This document shows, in pieces, positions 1 to 14,300 of a stretch of 64,000 bases of DNA. Origin of the DNA: the human T2T-CHM13v2.0 reference genome, Homo sapiens. The translations under genes were made by a program, and so were the position numbers. The stretch is from the NCBI RefSeq assembly GCF_009914755.1, contig NC_060935.1, one strand, 5' to 3'. Under the pieces are notes generated by a model. It had not been told where the DNA came from and made no database searches. It was given only the letters and a program-made list of their open reading frames with translations. How positions within the stretch are numbered: position 1 is the stretch's first letter; the number at the start of each line of letters is the position of its first letter.

Positions 1-924
1 ACACACACAGCGTGACTTCTGTCACATTCTCTTGGTCTTAGATGGTCACGTCAGATTCATGAGAAAAGGAAAAAAAAAAGAATGGCAAAGAATTTTTTGC
101 TATCTTTAATCCACCTCAAGACGTAATTGTTTTTACCTTTGGGCATAAGTAGGATCAGTTTTGGTTAGGGCTACAAAGAAATTAAGAAAGATAGCTGCCC
201 TAATTTCCCATTTCCAGAAAAAACCTTTTTACATTTAAATGTTTTGGAAATGTTTCCTGCATGTTTAATTTATATTGTATAGGTTTTTTTCTCTTGAAAA
301 GCTATTTAAGAAAAAAAAAAACTATTGCCATATCTTATTGGTGGTATCTTAAAATTGCAACAACAAAAAAATTGTTTTCTTCTCAGTTCCCAAACTGGAG
401 AGGGGAAAGGAGGAGAGAAATTTTACTTTAGTGTGATTACTGTTAGCAATGGTGATTCTAAAATTCAGATGAAGTCCACATGTTATATTAAAGTATAGGT
501 GAAATAAGAATGGGCCCAGAAAGTTGAGTGTAAAGTAGAATTTAGCAGTGGCTAGCTTAGAGCTTTAAAGAAGAGCAGAGCTTTTTATCTGTTTAAATCA
601 TCCACAACAGAATTCAAGAGTAAAATGTAATTTGCTGAGAAATTCTATGTATAAGGATTTTAAGGAAATAAAGTATATGAAGTTTTATGTAGGTGTTCAT
701 CACAGAATTATTTGTAAAAGTATAATAAAGTCTTGGAGACAATAAAATAGAATTTATTAAGTAAATTATTATTAATCCGTATACTAACAAATACTACTTA
801 GCTGTTAAAATGATGAGTTAGGAAAAGCTTTACAGGGAAAGATTGCATGATATAAGAAAGATGTTAGAAAACAGCATGTGTATTCTAATCCAGTGTTTGT
901 GATTATGTAGCATGCATGCATAGC

Positions 925-927
<3 letters not shown>

Positions 928-1015
<88 letters not shown>

Positions 1016-1018
1016 CGC
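928..1018. repeat. Compound microsatellite (TC)n-(TG)n-(CG)n
   Basis: about 20 TC, about 20 TG and about 6 CG units, contiguous. Confidence 0.95.
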
Positions 1019-3326
1019 AGATAAGATATTTGGAAGGATATATGCCAGCATGCTAATAGTTATCTGTGGGTTATAGAGTTACAGATTATTTCCATTTTTT
1101 CCTTTATACTCTTAGTATTTTTAAAAAAAGCAAAATTATTTATATGTACGGAAAAGAAGGGCTATTACTAAAAAGAATATAAGCCACACATGAGATTGAA
1201 TTTTGTTTTTTTCTGTATAACATATTTAGTCTTTAGATAGGATTTCATTGAGGGATAATTTTCCCACATGGAAGGAGAGGCATCTGGGGTGCTTGGACCC
1301 TGCATTCACATATTTAGGGAAAGAACCAGGAACTGCTAATGTCTGACCATATGATGTTGCCACATCACCATTCTTATGTATGATTACTATTACAGCACTT
1401 TTGATTTCTAAATTCTTAGCGTTGTCTTCCTTTGACCATCAACTCCAGCTTATTTGAAGCTTTAAAATCTGGCTACTACAGTATTTTATACCAGGAACGC
1501 TGAATCATTCAGACTTGATCTATCCCTGAAGTATACTATTGAATCTATAAAAGTGTACGTTTTGTAGTTGAAATTTATTTTGAGTCATTTACTCTTTCAT
1601 CATAAACCAGCATTTTTAAAAAGATCTATTTTATGTTTTTTAGTTTAGGGTTAAAATGTGTAAAATAATCTATTAAATGTGTTAATATAACATCTAAAAT
1701 ATATAGGTGAAGGTTTTTTTATCTTTTTTGAAATGTATGTTAATAATGTTCTTTTGTTTCTTTTATTTCACAGAAATGTATTTTCTTTTTATTTTTTAAG
1801 TAAGTTTTTAGTAATTAAATATTTGGATGTGTCTGAATTGTAGTGCTACCCAATTTATTTTAAATATTATACTTTTATAGCAACTTACTTTTGTTCTAAA
1901 CTAATTGGAGTAACTTTAATTTAAATGATCTCTTGCAAACCCAAAATTGTGTGTCACAGAAACAAATGATAATTGTATTACTTCAACAAACAAAAAACTT
2001 TGTGGCTATCCCATCTTCAGTACTAGCCAATTATAATTATTCTTATTTAAAAATGGATAATATAGAAGCAACAAAAGGTTGAAGCTGATAGTGTTATAAA
2101 AACTAAGGAAGAAATAAATTTTTGTGTACACCACCAGTTTGTAGAGATCATATTTCTGAATAGCCCATTATGGAGATGGTGAGACATCTCTCAGTTTAAT
2201 GCCACACCTGACTGTCAGGGAAAGCAAGAGATTTACATCATCAGATTTGTATATCAGAAATACTATTCGGGGTTGAAGGAATATAAGATTGGAAGAAGTT
2301 AAACTTCTTAGGAAGCTGTTCCATAATTTTGTTGTAGGATATTCTTATTGCTGCAGGCAAGAATAAAGTGAAGGAGGTAGTTCAAGAGATATTCAAAAGG
2401 TAGAATTGATAGGTTTTGGAGACTATGTGAGGTAAAGAGGGAAGGACAAGGAAGATGCTCATTTCAGCTGTTTGGTTTCAGCAGCCAGGCAGATGATGGT
2501 GCCATTCATTGAGATGGCCATTATAGAAGGAGGGAAAGGAATTTCTTCCAATAAAGTATCTTTGATGTAGTCTTTTACCCCTGTGGAAAGTGGAAAAGTG
2601 GTGTCCTTTAACAGCTTGAGGGAGGGCATAGCTTATTTGAGAAAGTTTAAGCAGGAAGGATAATTTGTGACCCTAATTCCTTTCTGTATTGGTAATTGAA
2701 ACTGTTTCCTTGTTTTTCCTTCCCCCTCCTCCTGGCTCATCTGTTTGGATAAGCTTGTCAGCCCCTGACACGTTAATAAATGGAGCTTTTTGGACATCTG
2801 GACTTATGAGTACAGCAGCATAAAGATCAGGAGATGTGGTAGCCTGTATCCCTTAGTTATAGATTTTTTAATCTTTAGACAATCCTTACTGCATTTTTGC
2901 ACAATTCCCATTTTTTTTTAGGAGACCCAGAAATATTTGATTTGACTGTGGCTAGCATGGTAATGACACATTTTTTAAGGATCAGATTTTATAATTTTTA
3001 ACTTAAAATTGCTTAAATATTACTATCTTCATGGCTTATTGACCATGGATTTACAGTCTTAAAGGTGAAAGCAAATATCTCCAAAAATGATTGTTGATTC
3101 TGAAATGTGCCTTGATTCTTCCAAAACAAACATATACGGTGCTTATATGTTTGACATATCCATTAGAATGCGTTTCAGACTACGATAAAACAGAGAAAAT
3201 AGCACAGAGAAAATACTTAGTATTTCCTGAGGTCTTTTACATTTAATCATAAAATTTTATAGCTAATTATACTTTTGTTTTGCTTTAAAGATAATATATA
3301 AAGTCATATTTTTCTTAAAATTTCAG

Positions 3327-3530
3327 ATAGAAAATGCTGCTGAAGAACCTAGAGTCTTATGTATTATACAAGATACTACTAATTCAAAGACAGTGAATGA
3401 ACGGATCACTTTAAATTTACCAGCATCTACTCCAGTCAGAAAGCTCTTTGAAGATGTGGCCAACAAAGTAGGCTACATAAATGGAACCTTTGACTTGGTG
3501 TGGGGAAATGGAATCAATACTGCTGATATG
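3327..3530 (+). CDS. USP47: USP47 exon 2 (204 nt, phase 0/0; N-terminal ubiquitin-like domain; skippable in frame)
   Basis: tttcag|ATAGAAAATGCT...GCTGATATG|gtaaaa; [18 protein letters not shown]...GINTADM. Confidence 0.95.
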
Positions 3531-4939
3531 GTAAAATCCTAGACTTAAGCTTCTAAAAATGTTATTATAGCCATTGTTGTTGTTGTTACTGATGATAATG
3601 TTAAATCCTGGAACTCTTAAAATCATAAACAAAAGTATAACAACTACAGTAAGAGCCTATGTGCAGCTCAGTAATTGGATCCTTCTTCTTCCTTTGCCTC
3701 CATTCTGGATTTAACATTTGCTCGTCCTAAAGTTTACATAATGTCATTTCATCAGTTTTTTCATTCATGAAAGGTGACTCTCATAATATTGTCTCAACTA
3801 AAGAAAAATTTCTATATTTACTGAACAGAATGATGATCATCTTATATTATTCCGTGAAAAAAGATTGTAAAATCATATTTTATGATCTGATTTTTGGAAA
3901 AGAAGAAAAATATTCATAGTAAGAAAAATGGAAGCATATATGCCTCATACATTACAGTGTTAACCAAGATTATCTCTAGCTGACTATTTCTTTTTATTTG
4001 TGTGTCTATGTGCATTTCTGGGCAACTTTTTTGTATGTTTATTTTTCTTTGTATGAACATGTGTAGCTTTTGACTTTTAACTCTTAAGCTTAAAAACATT
4101 TTTAACGACTGCAGTCTTGTCAGATCTCTTTGAGGGTATACTTTCTAATTTTAGTCGTCTGTTAACTGTTTCCTTAATTATTTATCCCTTATCCATTATA
4201 TTTAGTTTCTCTCTTTCATGGTGTAGCATTTCTTTAAATATTTAGTGATTTTTATTTTCTGCTCATCTTTATATTTGAGAATCTCTGTTCACTTCTCTGT
4301 GAATGCTGATTAAACTTACCATATTCAGTTCTTGCTTGTTGTGGAAAAAGGGTGAGACGTGCTGCTAGGTGTGATGTGTTTATACTTGTTCTGGGATTGG
4401 CTGGCTTCTGACTCTTTAGGGTTAGGAGCTGATCAGTACCTTGTTAGACAGCACTGTGCTACCTCTCCGGTCACAGTGCCCACTCTTTACCCTGACAGGA
4501 AATAAGCACTGCTGTCTGCTACGTAGTCCAAGGAGAAAAAGAGAGGAGATACCAAACTGATCAGAATGCCTTTTCCTACTTCCTCACTTTTAGCTGTTTC
4601 CTGGCCTCTATGTCTTGACCTTAGTCTGAAGTTCCTTACTACCTTTATCTCCACAGTAGTCTTCTCTTATAGGATCTTTGGGCTGTGGTTCCCCTTAGTT
4701 TTATTTTTCCATAGATCTGATCCTGTCTGTTTTCTATTTTTTAATTTCTCAAAATTTTTGGTTTGCTAAGCATGCTCTTTTTTGACATTTTATGGACTTT
4801 AGGGGAGGATTATTGGTAGACATCTTCTTAGGTCATCATTTGACCTAATCTTGTATTAATGTTTACTACCAAAATAAACAATTGCAATTATTAAAAAAAT
4901 TTCTAGGAATCCTTGATAGACATCTGTCCTTGGACCATT

Positions 4940-5084
4940 TTTATAAGGACACTGATTCCATTCATGAGGGCTCCATCCTTGAGACCTAATCAGCTCCTAA
5001 GGCCCCAACGCTTAATATCATTGCATTGGGGATTAGGTTTCAGCATGTGAATTTTGGGGAGACATAAACACTCAGAACATAGCA
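4940..5084 (-). mobile_element. MaLR LTR fragment (MLT1A/MSTD-like)
   Basis: cattcatgagggctcc...cctaatcagctcctaaggcccc...ggggattaggtttcagcatgtgaattttggggg...cagaacatagca is a typical MaLR LTR end. Confidence 0.75.
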
Positions 5085-6429
5085 GAGGTACTGATCACTT
5101 TTGCATGGGAGTGTGGTTAAGGAAGAAGACCATTGAGTTGGATCTCATCTGCGTTATTAGAACAGTATTCTAGATAGCCTTTTTTGTTTCCTTTCTCTCT
5201 GTCCAAATTCACCCTACATAATAGTTAGAATTATTTTCAGTCATCTAAAGTTGTAGCACTTATGTCACCTTCTAGTTCAGTAACCATCAATCACTGCTCA
5301 TTGCCCACTGATTAAAAATCTAAGACAAGCTATTATTGGTTCTTTAAGGCTTTATACTCTTAAATCCCAGATACTGGATTGGTTTATTTTCTTAACATAG
5401 ATTTCCATATTTTTCTGTCTTAAGTTTTCCAGAAAAATACCTCTAACAGTCAGTGAAGTTGAATGTGTATCCCTATGGTATTTGGAGTACATATTTTAAG
5501 TTGGTCCCACAGGAGAATCAAAGATGTTTGATGTTGCCTGATTTGCCCTTAAAATCATATTATGCTTTTTATTCCATAATATATTTGTTTTTTTAAAAAT
5601 ATAGAACTAATGTTTTAAACTGAAATTAACCAGTAAAATTGGTAGTCGGACAAGACATAGAAAGATAAACAATATTTAATCTGAGACTTTGAACACTTTC
5701 TGGTACATCACCACATAATTTCCAGTGTTGTCCTTTTTCAGTTTAAAGGATAGTTGTGTACTGTCCTAGATGATATATAATATCATCTTTTACCCTTAAA
5801 AAGCCTTACTCAGTGTTTCCTCATGCCGCTTTAAAAGTAATTTTTTTCTCTTTGACCTCCTATGCCCTTTGGCTGCACCACTTATAGTTCCTTTTTGTTA
5901 TAGGTGTTACTCATCTGTGTCTTTCCATTTCCAATGTCAGCATTTTCATTACAGGAACCTCGTATAAATTTCATATCCTCCATAAACATTCCTTCTAGGC
6001 ATTCAAAAAGCATTTGTTAAATTATCTTCCACAATAGCTTTAAATAGCTGTATGTCAGGATTACCTGTTTCTTTCTTTTTAGCTATTACTGTACTCGAGC
6101 TCTATTTCTGTATTTTTATTTGCCTCCTGTACATTTCTACAAATATGACTACTTTCTCCTGCTTACTGCGTAGTGCTGAATGGATACTCCTCAGAAAACT
6201 AAGCCCATTTAGCTACCCACCACCTTGTATACAGACACTTACTGAGGTAAAACCCCTGTGTATTTCAGCTGTGTGATCTGATCATGTCCCACCAGTGACT
6301 TTAAGGAACCCAGCAATCCCTTTCTTCCCTCCATGTGGCTGCTTTTAGCTTCAGGTTTTCTATGTCCTGTTTTTCTTGTGGATTGATAGATGTGAGCCAA
6401 AGTTAAGAGGTAGATAATATATTCGCTGT

Positions 6430-6630
6430 TTTATTTACTTAACACGTCTTTTGCACTTACTGTGTTTATAGTATTCTAAGCTCTGTACAAATGTAATCTT
6501 TTTTAATCCTTATATTAATAACTACTCTATGAGGTAGATGCTACTACACCCTCATAGGTGAAGAAACTGAGTCATGGGGAAGTGAAATAACTTTCCAAAG
6601 TCACACAGATAGTAAGTAGCAGAATCTCTT
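6430..6630 (-). mobile_element. MIR SINE
   Basis: ctatgaggtag...gaagaaactgagtca...gtgaaataactttccaaagtcacacagatagtaagtagcaga MIR core. Confidence 0.75.
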
Positions 6631-7616
6631 ACAGTTAATTTTTTTTGTCCTCAGTACCTGCACTTTTATACAACGTTAATCAGTGTTAATTTCCTAAGAA
6701 ATAAAGGCATTTTCATAAAATGAGTATAAGGAGACTCTGCCCATGTCTTTGAAACATTAAAAACATTTCTTAATGTAACAAAACAGTTTTAAAGATGTTT
6801 ATCTCTACTCCCTCATTTTTCTCAACAGCAGTCTGGAGTGAGTGAGTAGGGCTTGGGGCATACAGAGTTTCCTCTCTCATCCACCAGCTAGAGTATATTA
6901 GAATGACAGCTAGAGTTGAAATTGCCCTACCATATAAGTTAGGTGAAGACTTGACTCTTAGATGTTTAATTTTCAAAGGTCTGATCACAGTCACTTCCAT
7001 ACCCCCTGGGTCCTCTGAATCCTAGTGGTACATTTGAAATAGGTATCATTTACTGGGACAGGCTTTTCCTTAAGGAGTCTTTCTAAAGGCTATATTATAT
7101 ACTACATTAGTTTTATTTTTGTTACATTACATAATTATGTTACATAATTATTTTGGTTGGGTTGCTTAGTATGTTGCTTATCTGGTATTTTTCATCATAT
7201 TTATATATCAAAACATTTTGGTTTTTAGTTATGTAAAATTATCTTTGGTCAATTTTCTTGAAACCCCATTAAATATCATATTGCATATATTGTATAGAAC
7301 ATGGAAAGAGAAATGTTTATAGATTCTTTTTATGTGTATGTAGTGCTTAACATTACCTCTTAACTTTCGCCTTTTCTCTTTTTAGTTTGTTAGATGTTGG
7401 GGAATGTGAGTCTCTGGGATACCTATCAGTGTATGCACTGTTACTGGGCTTAGCTATTCCAGTTAATGAATAAATGAGTTAATTCCAAGCCTAGATGAAG
7501 AGAATTTTACCAGATCATTACTAAAAAAATACTATTTAAATGTAGATATGTATCTATTTACAGATTACTTATTTTATGTTTCTCATAATCTGAAACATTA
7601 TGTTTTATGTCCATAG

Positions 7617-7730
7617 GCACCACTGGATCATACCAGTGACAAGTCACTTCTCGACGCTAATTTTGAGCCAGGAAAGAAGAACTTTCTGCATTTGACAGAT
7701 AAAGATGGTGAACAACCTCAAATACTGCTG
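7617..7730 (+). CDS. USP47: USP47 exon 3 (114 nt, phase 0/0)
   Basis: ccatag|GCACCACTG...ATACTGCTG|gtaagc; [38 protein letters not shown]. Confidence 0.96.
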
Positions 7731-8381
7731 GTAAGCTACTTAGAAAGCCCCATATTTATAATTTTTGTGCACTGTCACCTACTACTTGAGGATGCAGTTT
7801 CCCAAAGGAAATAAGATGTGTTTTGTAATTTGTGTAATAAATTAATATTTTTTCATTTTATGTTGGTTTGTTATAAGTGTGTAGAATAACATAGTTACAC
7901 TGGACATCCACAGCAACATTATTTGTGTATACAGTCTGTTGCCGCCTTGGATTTAACATATACTGCTGTCTTCAAGACCACTGCCACACCAGGGATGGGG
8001 GTGGGTCTAGGATAAGTCAAAGTGCCACAAAGATCTCCTGTGTTTCAGTAGTGACCCTTCCTTTGTTTAAGCATTTGCTTGGTTGCTGTAAATCTTTGGT
8101 GGTTTTCATGAGGTTTTTCAGTATCTGCAAGAAGGTCATTTCCGTTCTCACTTCCTCCCCTAACCTGCCACCTTTTTTGGAATGACTGGTGTATACATTA
8201 AATGTTTCACTTCTATTCTTTTAATGTTTATCCCAATTCACATTTCAGTGGACTTTCCTGTTCAGCCCAGTTGCCTTAGAGATATCTAATGCAGTATCTC
8301 CCAATTTGAGGGCTATTCCACCAGAGATTTTTTTTTTTCTCTCAGTGCGTTGTAGAGGACATGAGTTAAAAAAGAGTAAGA

Positions 8382-11300
8382 GGGAGGGGCCAAGATGGCC
8401 GATTAGAAATAGCTGCGGTCCACAGTGCTCATGGAGAGGAGTGAAAGGGGAGAGTGAATACAGCACATTCAACTGAAATATCCAAGTTCTCGCACTGAGA
8501 CTGATTAGGCAAACAACTCAACTCAAAAAGAATGAAGAAAAGCAGGGTGGGGCGATGGCCCACCCAGGAGAGACACAAAGCCAAAGGAATCCCCACCCCC
8601 AGCCAAGGGAAGCTGTGAATGATTGTATGACTCTGCCCAGGAAACCACGCTACTTTCATGGATCTTTGCAACCCTAAGATCAAGAGATCCCCTCAGGAGC
8701 CCACGCCACCAGGGTCTTGGGTCCAATACACAGAGCTATGTGGAATCTTGGTAGAGCAGCCACTCGGACACACATATAGACCCCAGGAGTTTTACATACT
8801 CTGACCCCAGGATCCCCAACAAGGTGGGAAGTCCATACATAAATACCCCTAGGAAGGGGGCTGAATCCAGGGATCCAAGCAGCATTGTTCTGCAGGCCCC
8901 ACTTCCACAGCACCTCACAAGCTAAGACCCACTGGCTTGGAATTGGCTCCCAACGGGTTTTCAGCAACTTCCTGCAGGTGCATTCAGGCCAGCAACAGTT
9001 CAGGACCCCCTGGGACAGAGTTTCCAGAGGAAGGAGCAGGCTGCCATCTTTGCTGTTTCACAGCCTTCACTGGTGATACCTCCAGGTATGGGAAAAACTG
9101 AGGCAACTAGGGTCTGGAGTGGACCCCCAGCAAACTGCAGCAGCCCTATGGAAGAGTGGCCTGACTGTTAAAAGTAAAACAAATAAGCAGAAAATAATAA
9201 CAATAATATCAACAGAAAAGACCCCACACAATCCCTATTCAAAGGTCAGCAACCTCTAAGATCAAAGGTAGATAAGCCCACAGAGATGAGAAAGAATCAA
9301 CACAAAAATGTCAAAAACTCAAAAAGCCAGAATGCCTCTTCTCCAGATGACCGCAGTGCCTCTCCAGCAAGGGCACAGAACTGGGCTGAGGCTGAGATGG
9401 CTGAATTGACAGAAGGAGGTTTTAGAAGGTGGGTAATAACAAACTTTGCTGAGCTAAAGGAGCATGTTGTAACCTAATGTAAAGAAGCTAAGAATCGTGA
9501 TAATACAGGAGCTGACAGCCAGAATAGCCAGTTCAGAAAGGAACATTACTGACCTGATAGAGCTGAAAAATACACTACAAGAACTTTACAGTGCAATGAC
9601 AAGTATCAATAGCAGAATAGACCAAGTAGAGAAAAGAATCTTAGAGCTTGAAGACTGTCTTTCTGAAATAAGACAGGCAGACAAGAATAGAGAAAAAAGA
9701 ATGAAAAGGAATGAACAAAACCTCCAAGAAATATGGGATTATGTAAAGAGACCAAACGTACAACTGATTGGGATACCTGAAGGAGACAGGAAGAATGGAA
9801 CCAAGTTGGAAAATATACTTAAGGATGTCATCCAGGAGAACTTTCCTAATCTAGCAAGACAGGCCAACATTCAAATTCAGGAAATGCAGAGAACCCCAGT
9901 AAGATACACCATGAGAAGATTAACCCCAAGACAATAATCGTCAGACTCTCCAAGGTCAAAATGAAATAAAAAATGTTAAGGGTAACCAGAGAGAAAGGCC
10001 AGGTCACCTACAAACAGACAAACAGTAGACCTCTCAGTGGAAACCCTACAAGCCAGAAGAGATTAGGGACCAATATTCAACATTCTTAAAGAAAGGAATT
10101 TCCAACCCAAAATTTCATATCTGGCCAAACTAAGTTTCATGAGCAAAGGAAAAATATGATCCTTTTCAGACGAGCAAATGCTGAGAGAATTCATCACCAT
10201 TAGGCCTGCCTTGCAAGAGCTCCTGAAGAAAGCACTAAATATGGGAAGGAAAAACTGTTACCAGCCAGTACAAAAATACACTGAAGTACACAGACCAGTG
10301 ACACTATCAAGCAACCACATAAGCCAGGAAAATAGCCAGCTAGCATCATGATGACAGTATCAAATTTGCACATAATATTACTAACCTTAAATGTAAATGG
10401 GCTAAGTGCCTTAATTAAAAGGCACAGAATGGCAAGCTGAATAAAGAGTCAAGACTCATCAGTATGCTGTCTTCAAGAGACCCATCTCATGTGCAAAGAC
10501 ACACATAGGCTCAAAATAAAGGGATGGAGGAAAATTTACCAAGTGAATGGAAAACAGAAAAAAGCAGGAGTCGCAATCCTAGTTTCTGACAAAACAGAGT
10601 TTACACCAACAAAGATAAAAAAAGACAAGGGCATTACATAATAGTAAAGGGTTCAATCCAACAAGAAGAGCTAACTATCCTAAATATATATGCACTCAAT
10701 ACAGGAACACCCAGATTCATAAAGCAAGTTCTTAGAGACCAACAAAAGAGACTTACACTCCCACACAATAACAATGGGAGACTTTAACACCCCACTGACA
10801 GTATTAGACAGATCATCGAAACAGAAAATTAACAAAGATATTCAGTACCTAAACTCAGCTCTGGATCAAGTGGACCTGATAGATATCTACAGAACTCCCC
10901 ACCCCACAACAACAGAATATACATTCTTCTCATCACCACACAGCACTTACTCTAAAACTGATCACATAATCAGAAGTAAAACACTCCTCAGCAAATGCAA
11001 AAGAACTGAAATTACAACAGACTCTCAGACCATAGCACAATCAAACTAGAACTCAAGAAATTCACTCAAAACCACATGACTACAAAATTGAACAACCTGC
11101 TCCCAAATGACTCTTGAGTAAATAATGACATTAAGGCAGAAATCAAGAAGTTCTTTGAAACTGATAAGAACAAAGAGATAACATACCAGAATTTCTGGGA
11201 TGCAGCTAAAGCAGGGTTAAGAAAGAAATTTATAGCACCAAATGCCCATATCAAAAAGCTAGGAAGATGTCAAGTTAACAACCTAACATTACAACTAAAA

Positions 11301-14300
11301 GAACTAGAGAACCAAGAGCAAACAAACCCCAAAGCTAGCAGAAGACAAGAAATAACCAAAATCAGCACAGAAATGAAGGAGATAGATAGAGACACGAAAA
11401 ACCTTTCAAAAATCAACAAATCCAGGAGTTGGTTTTTTGAAAAAATTAATAAAATAGATAAACTGCTAGTTAGACTAATAAGAAAAGAGAAGAATCAAAT
11501 AAACACAATCAGAAACGATAAGGGGGATATCACCACTGACCCCACAGAAATACGAAAAACCATCAGAGAATACTATAAACATCTCTGTGCACATAAAATA
11601 GAAAATATGGATAAATTCCTGGACACATACACCGTTCCAAGACTGAACTAGGAAGAAATTGAGTCTCTAAATAGACCAATTAAAAATTCTGAAATTGAGG
11701 CAGTAATATATAGCCTACCAATCAAAAAAAGCCCAGGACCAAACAGATTTACAGCTGAATTCTACCAGAGGTACAAAGAAGAGCTGGTACCATTTCTACT
11801 GAAACTATTCCAAAAAATTGAAAAGGAAGAACTCCTCCCTAATTCTTTGTATGAGGCCAGCCTCATCCTCATACCCAAACCTGGCAGAGATACAACAAGA
11901 AAAGAAAACTTAAGGCCAGTATCCCTGATGAACATCGGTGCAAAAATCCTTAATAAAATACTGGCAAACTGAATTCAGCAGCACATCAAAAAGCTTATCC
12001 ACATGATCAAGTTGGCTTCATTCCCAGGATGCAAGGTTTGTTCAACATATGCGAATCAATAAATGCGATTCATCCCATAAACAGAGCTAAAGACAAAAAA
12101 CACATGATTATCTCAAAAGATGCAGAAAAGGCCATCAGTAAAATTCATTATCCCTTCATGTTAAAAACTCTGAATAAACTAGGAATTGAAGGAATATACT
12201 CAAAATAGCAAGAATCATATATGACAGGCCCACAGCCAATATCAACCTGAATGGGCAAAAGCTGGAAGCATTCCCCTTGAAAACTGGCACAAAATGAGAA
12301 TGCCCTCTTTTACTACTCCTATTTGACATAGTATTGGAAGTTCTGACCTGGGCAATCAGGCAAGAAAAAGAAATAAAAGGTATTCACATAGGAAAAGAAG
12401 AAGTCAGATTATCTTTGTTTGCAGATGACATGATCCTGTATCTAGAAAACCCCATCGTCTTATGATGTATTTTCATAAAATCAGCTTAAGCTGATAAGCA
12501 ACTTCAGCAAAGTCTCAGGATACAAATTCAGTGTGCAGAAATTGCTAGTATTCCTGTATACCAACAACAGGCAAGCAGAGAGCCAAATCACGAATGAACT
12601 CCCATTCACAATTGCTACAGAAAGAAAATACCCAGGAATACAGCTAACAAGGAAAGTGAAGGACACCTTCAAGGAGAACTATAAACTGCTGAAATAAATC
12701 AGAGAAGATACAAACAAATGGGAAAACATTCCATGCTTATGGATAGGAAGAATCAATATCTTGTTAATGGCCATACTGTCCAAAGTAATTTATAGATTCA
12801 ATGCTATTCCCATTAAACTACCATTGACATTCTTCACATAATTAGAAAAATCTATTTTAAAATTCATATGGAACCAAAAAAGAGCCTGAATAGCCAAGAC
12901 AATCCTAAACAAAAAGAACGAAGCTGAAGGCATCATGCTACCCAAGTTCAAACTATACTGCAAGGCTACAGTAATCAAAACATCATACTGCTGGTAAAAG
13001 AACAGACACATAGACCAATGGAACAGAATAGAGAACTCAGAAATAAGACCACACATCTACAACCGTCTGATCTTCAACAAACCAGACAAAAGCAACGAGG
13101 AAAGGATTCTCTATTTAATAAATGGTGCTGGGAGAACTGGTGAGCCATAGGCAGGAAATTGAAACTGGACTCCTTCCTTACACCATAAACAAAAATTAAC
13201 TTAAGACAGATTAAAGACTTCAATGTAAAACCCGAAACTATACAAAACCTTAGAAAAAAATCTAGGCAATATTATTTAGGACATAGGTACAGGCACAGAT
13301 TTCATGATGAAATTCCAAAAGCAATTGCAACAAAAGCAAAAATTGACAAATGGATCTAATTAAACTAAAGGGCTTCCACACAGCAAAAGAAACTATCATC
13401 AGAATGACCAGACAGCCTACAGAATGGGAGAAAATTTTTACAATCTATCCACCTGACAAAGGTCTAATATCCAGAATCTACAAGGAACTTAAATTTACGA
13501 GAAAAAAACAGACCCATTAAAAAGTAGGCAAAGGGCATGGACAGACATTTCTCAAAAGAAGGTATACATGCAGCCAACAAACATGAAAAAAAGCTTAACA
13601 TTACTGATCATTAGAGAAATGCAAATCAAAACCGCAATGAGATACCATCCCACACCTGTCAGAATGGCAGTTATTAAAAAGTCAAAAAACAAAAGATGCT
13701 GGCAAGGTTGTGGAGAGTAAATTAGTTCAATCATTGTGGAAAATAATGTGGTCATTCCTCAAAGACTTAGAGGCAGAAATACCATTTGACCCAGCAGTCC
13801 CATTACTGAGTATATAGGCAAAGGAGTAGAAATCATTCTGTTATAAAGATACATGCACTCATATGTTCACTGCAGCACTATTCACAATAATAAAGACATG
13901 GAATCAACCTAAATGCCCATCAATGATAGATTGGATAAAGAAAATATGGTTCATATACACCACAGAATACTATGCATCCATAACAACTAACAAGATCATG
14001 TCCTTTGCAGGGAGATGGATGGAGCTGGAAGTCATTATTCTCAGGAAACTAACACAGGAACAGAAAACCAAACACTACATGTTCTCACTTATAAGTGGGA
14101 GCTGAATGATGAGAACACGTGGACACAGGGAGGGAACAACACACACTGGGGCATGTTGTGAGGGAGAGCATTAGGAAGAATAGCTAAGGGATACTGGACT
14201 TAATACCTAGGTGATGGGATGATCTGTGCAGCAAACAACCATGGCACACATTACCTGGGTAACAAACCACATCCTGCGCAGATACACCTGAACTTAAAAG

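Noticed and set aside
830-1051. ORF with THTH/ERER repeats
   Set aside because: Translation of the microsatellite.
3830-3890. C/D-box snoRNA-like ATGATGA...CTGA
   Set aside because: Only ~60 nt, no convincing terminal stem or recognisable guide, and it lies in apparent old L1 remnant sequence.
9286-14105. L1 ORF1/ORF2 as active genes
   Set aside because: Broken by many stops and frameshifts; only fragments remain.
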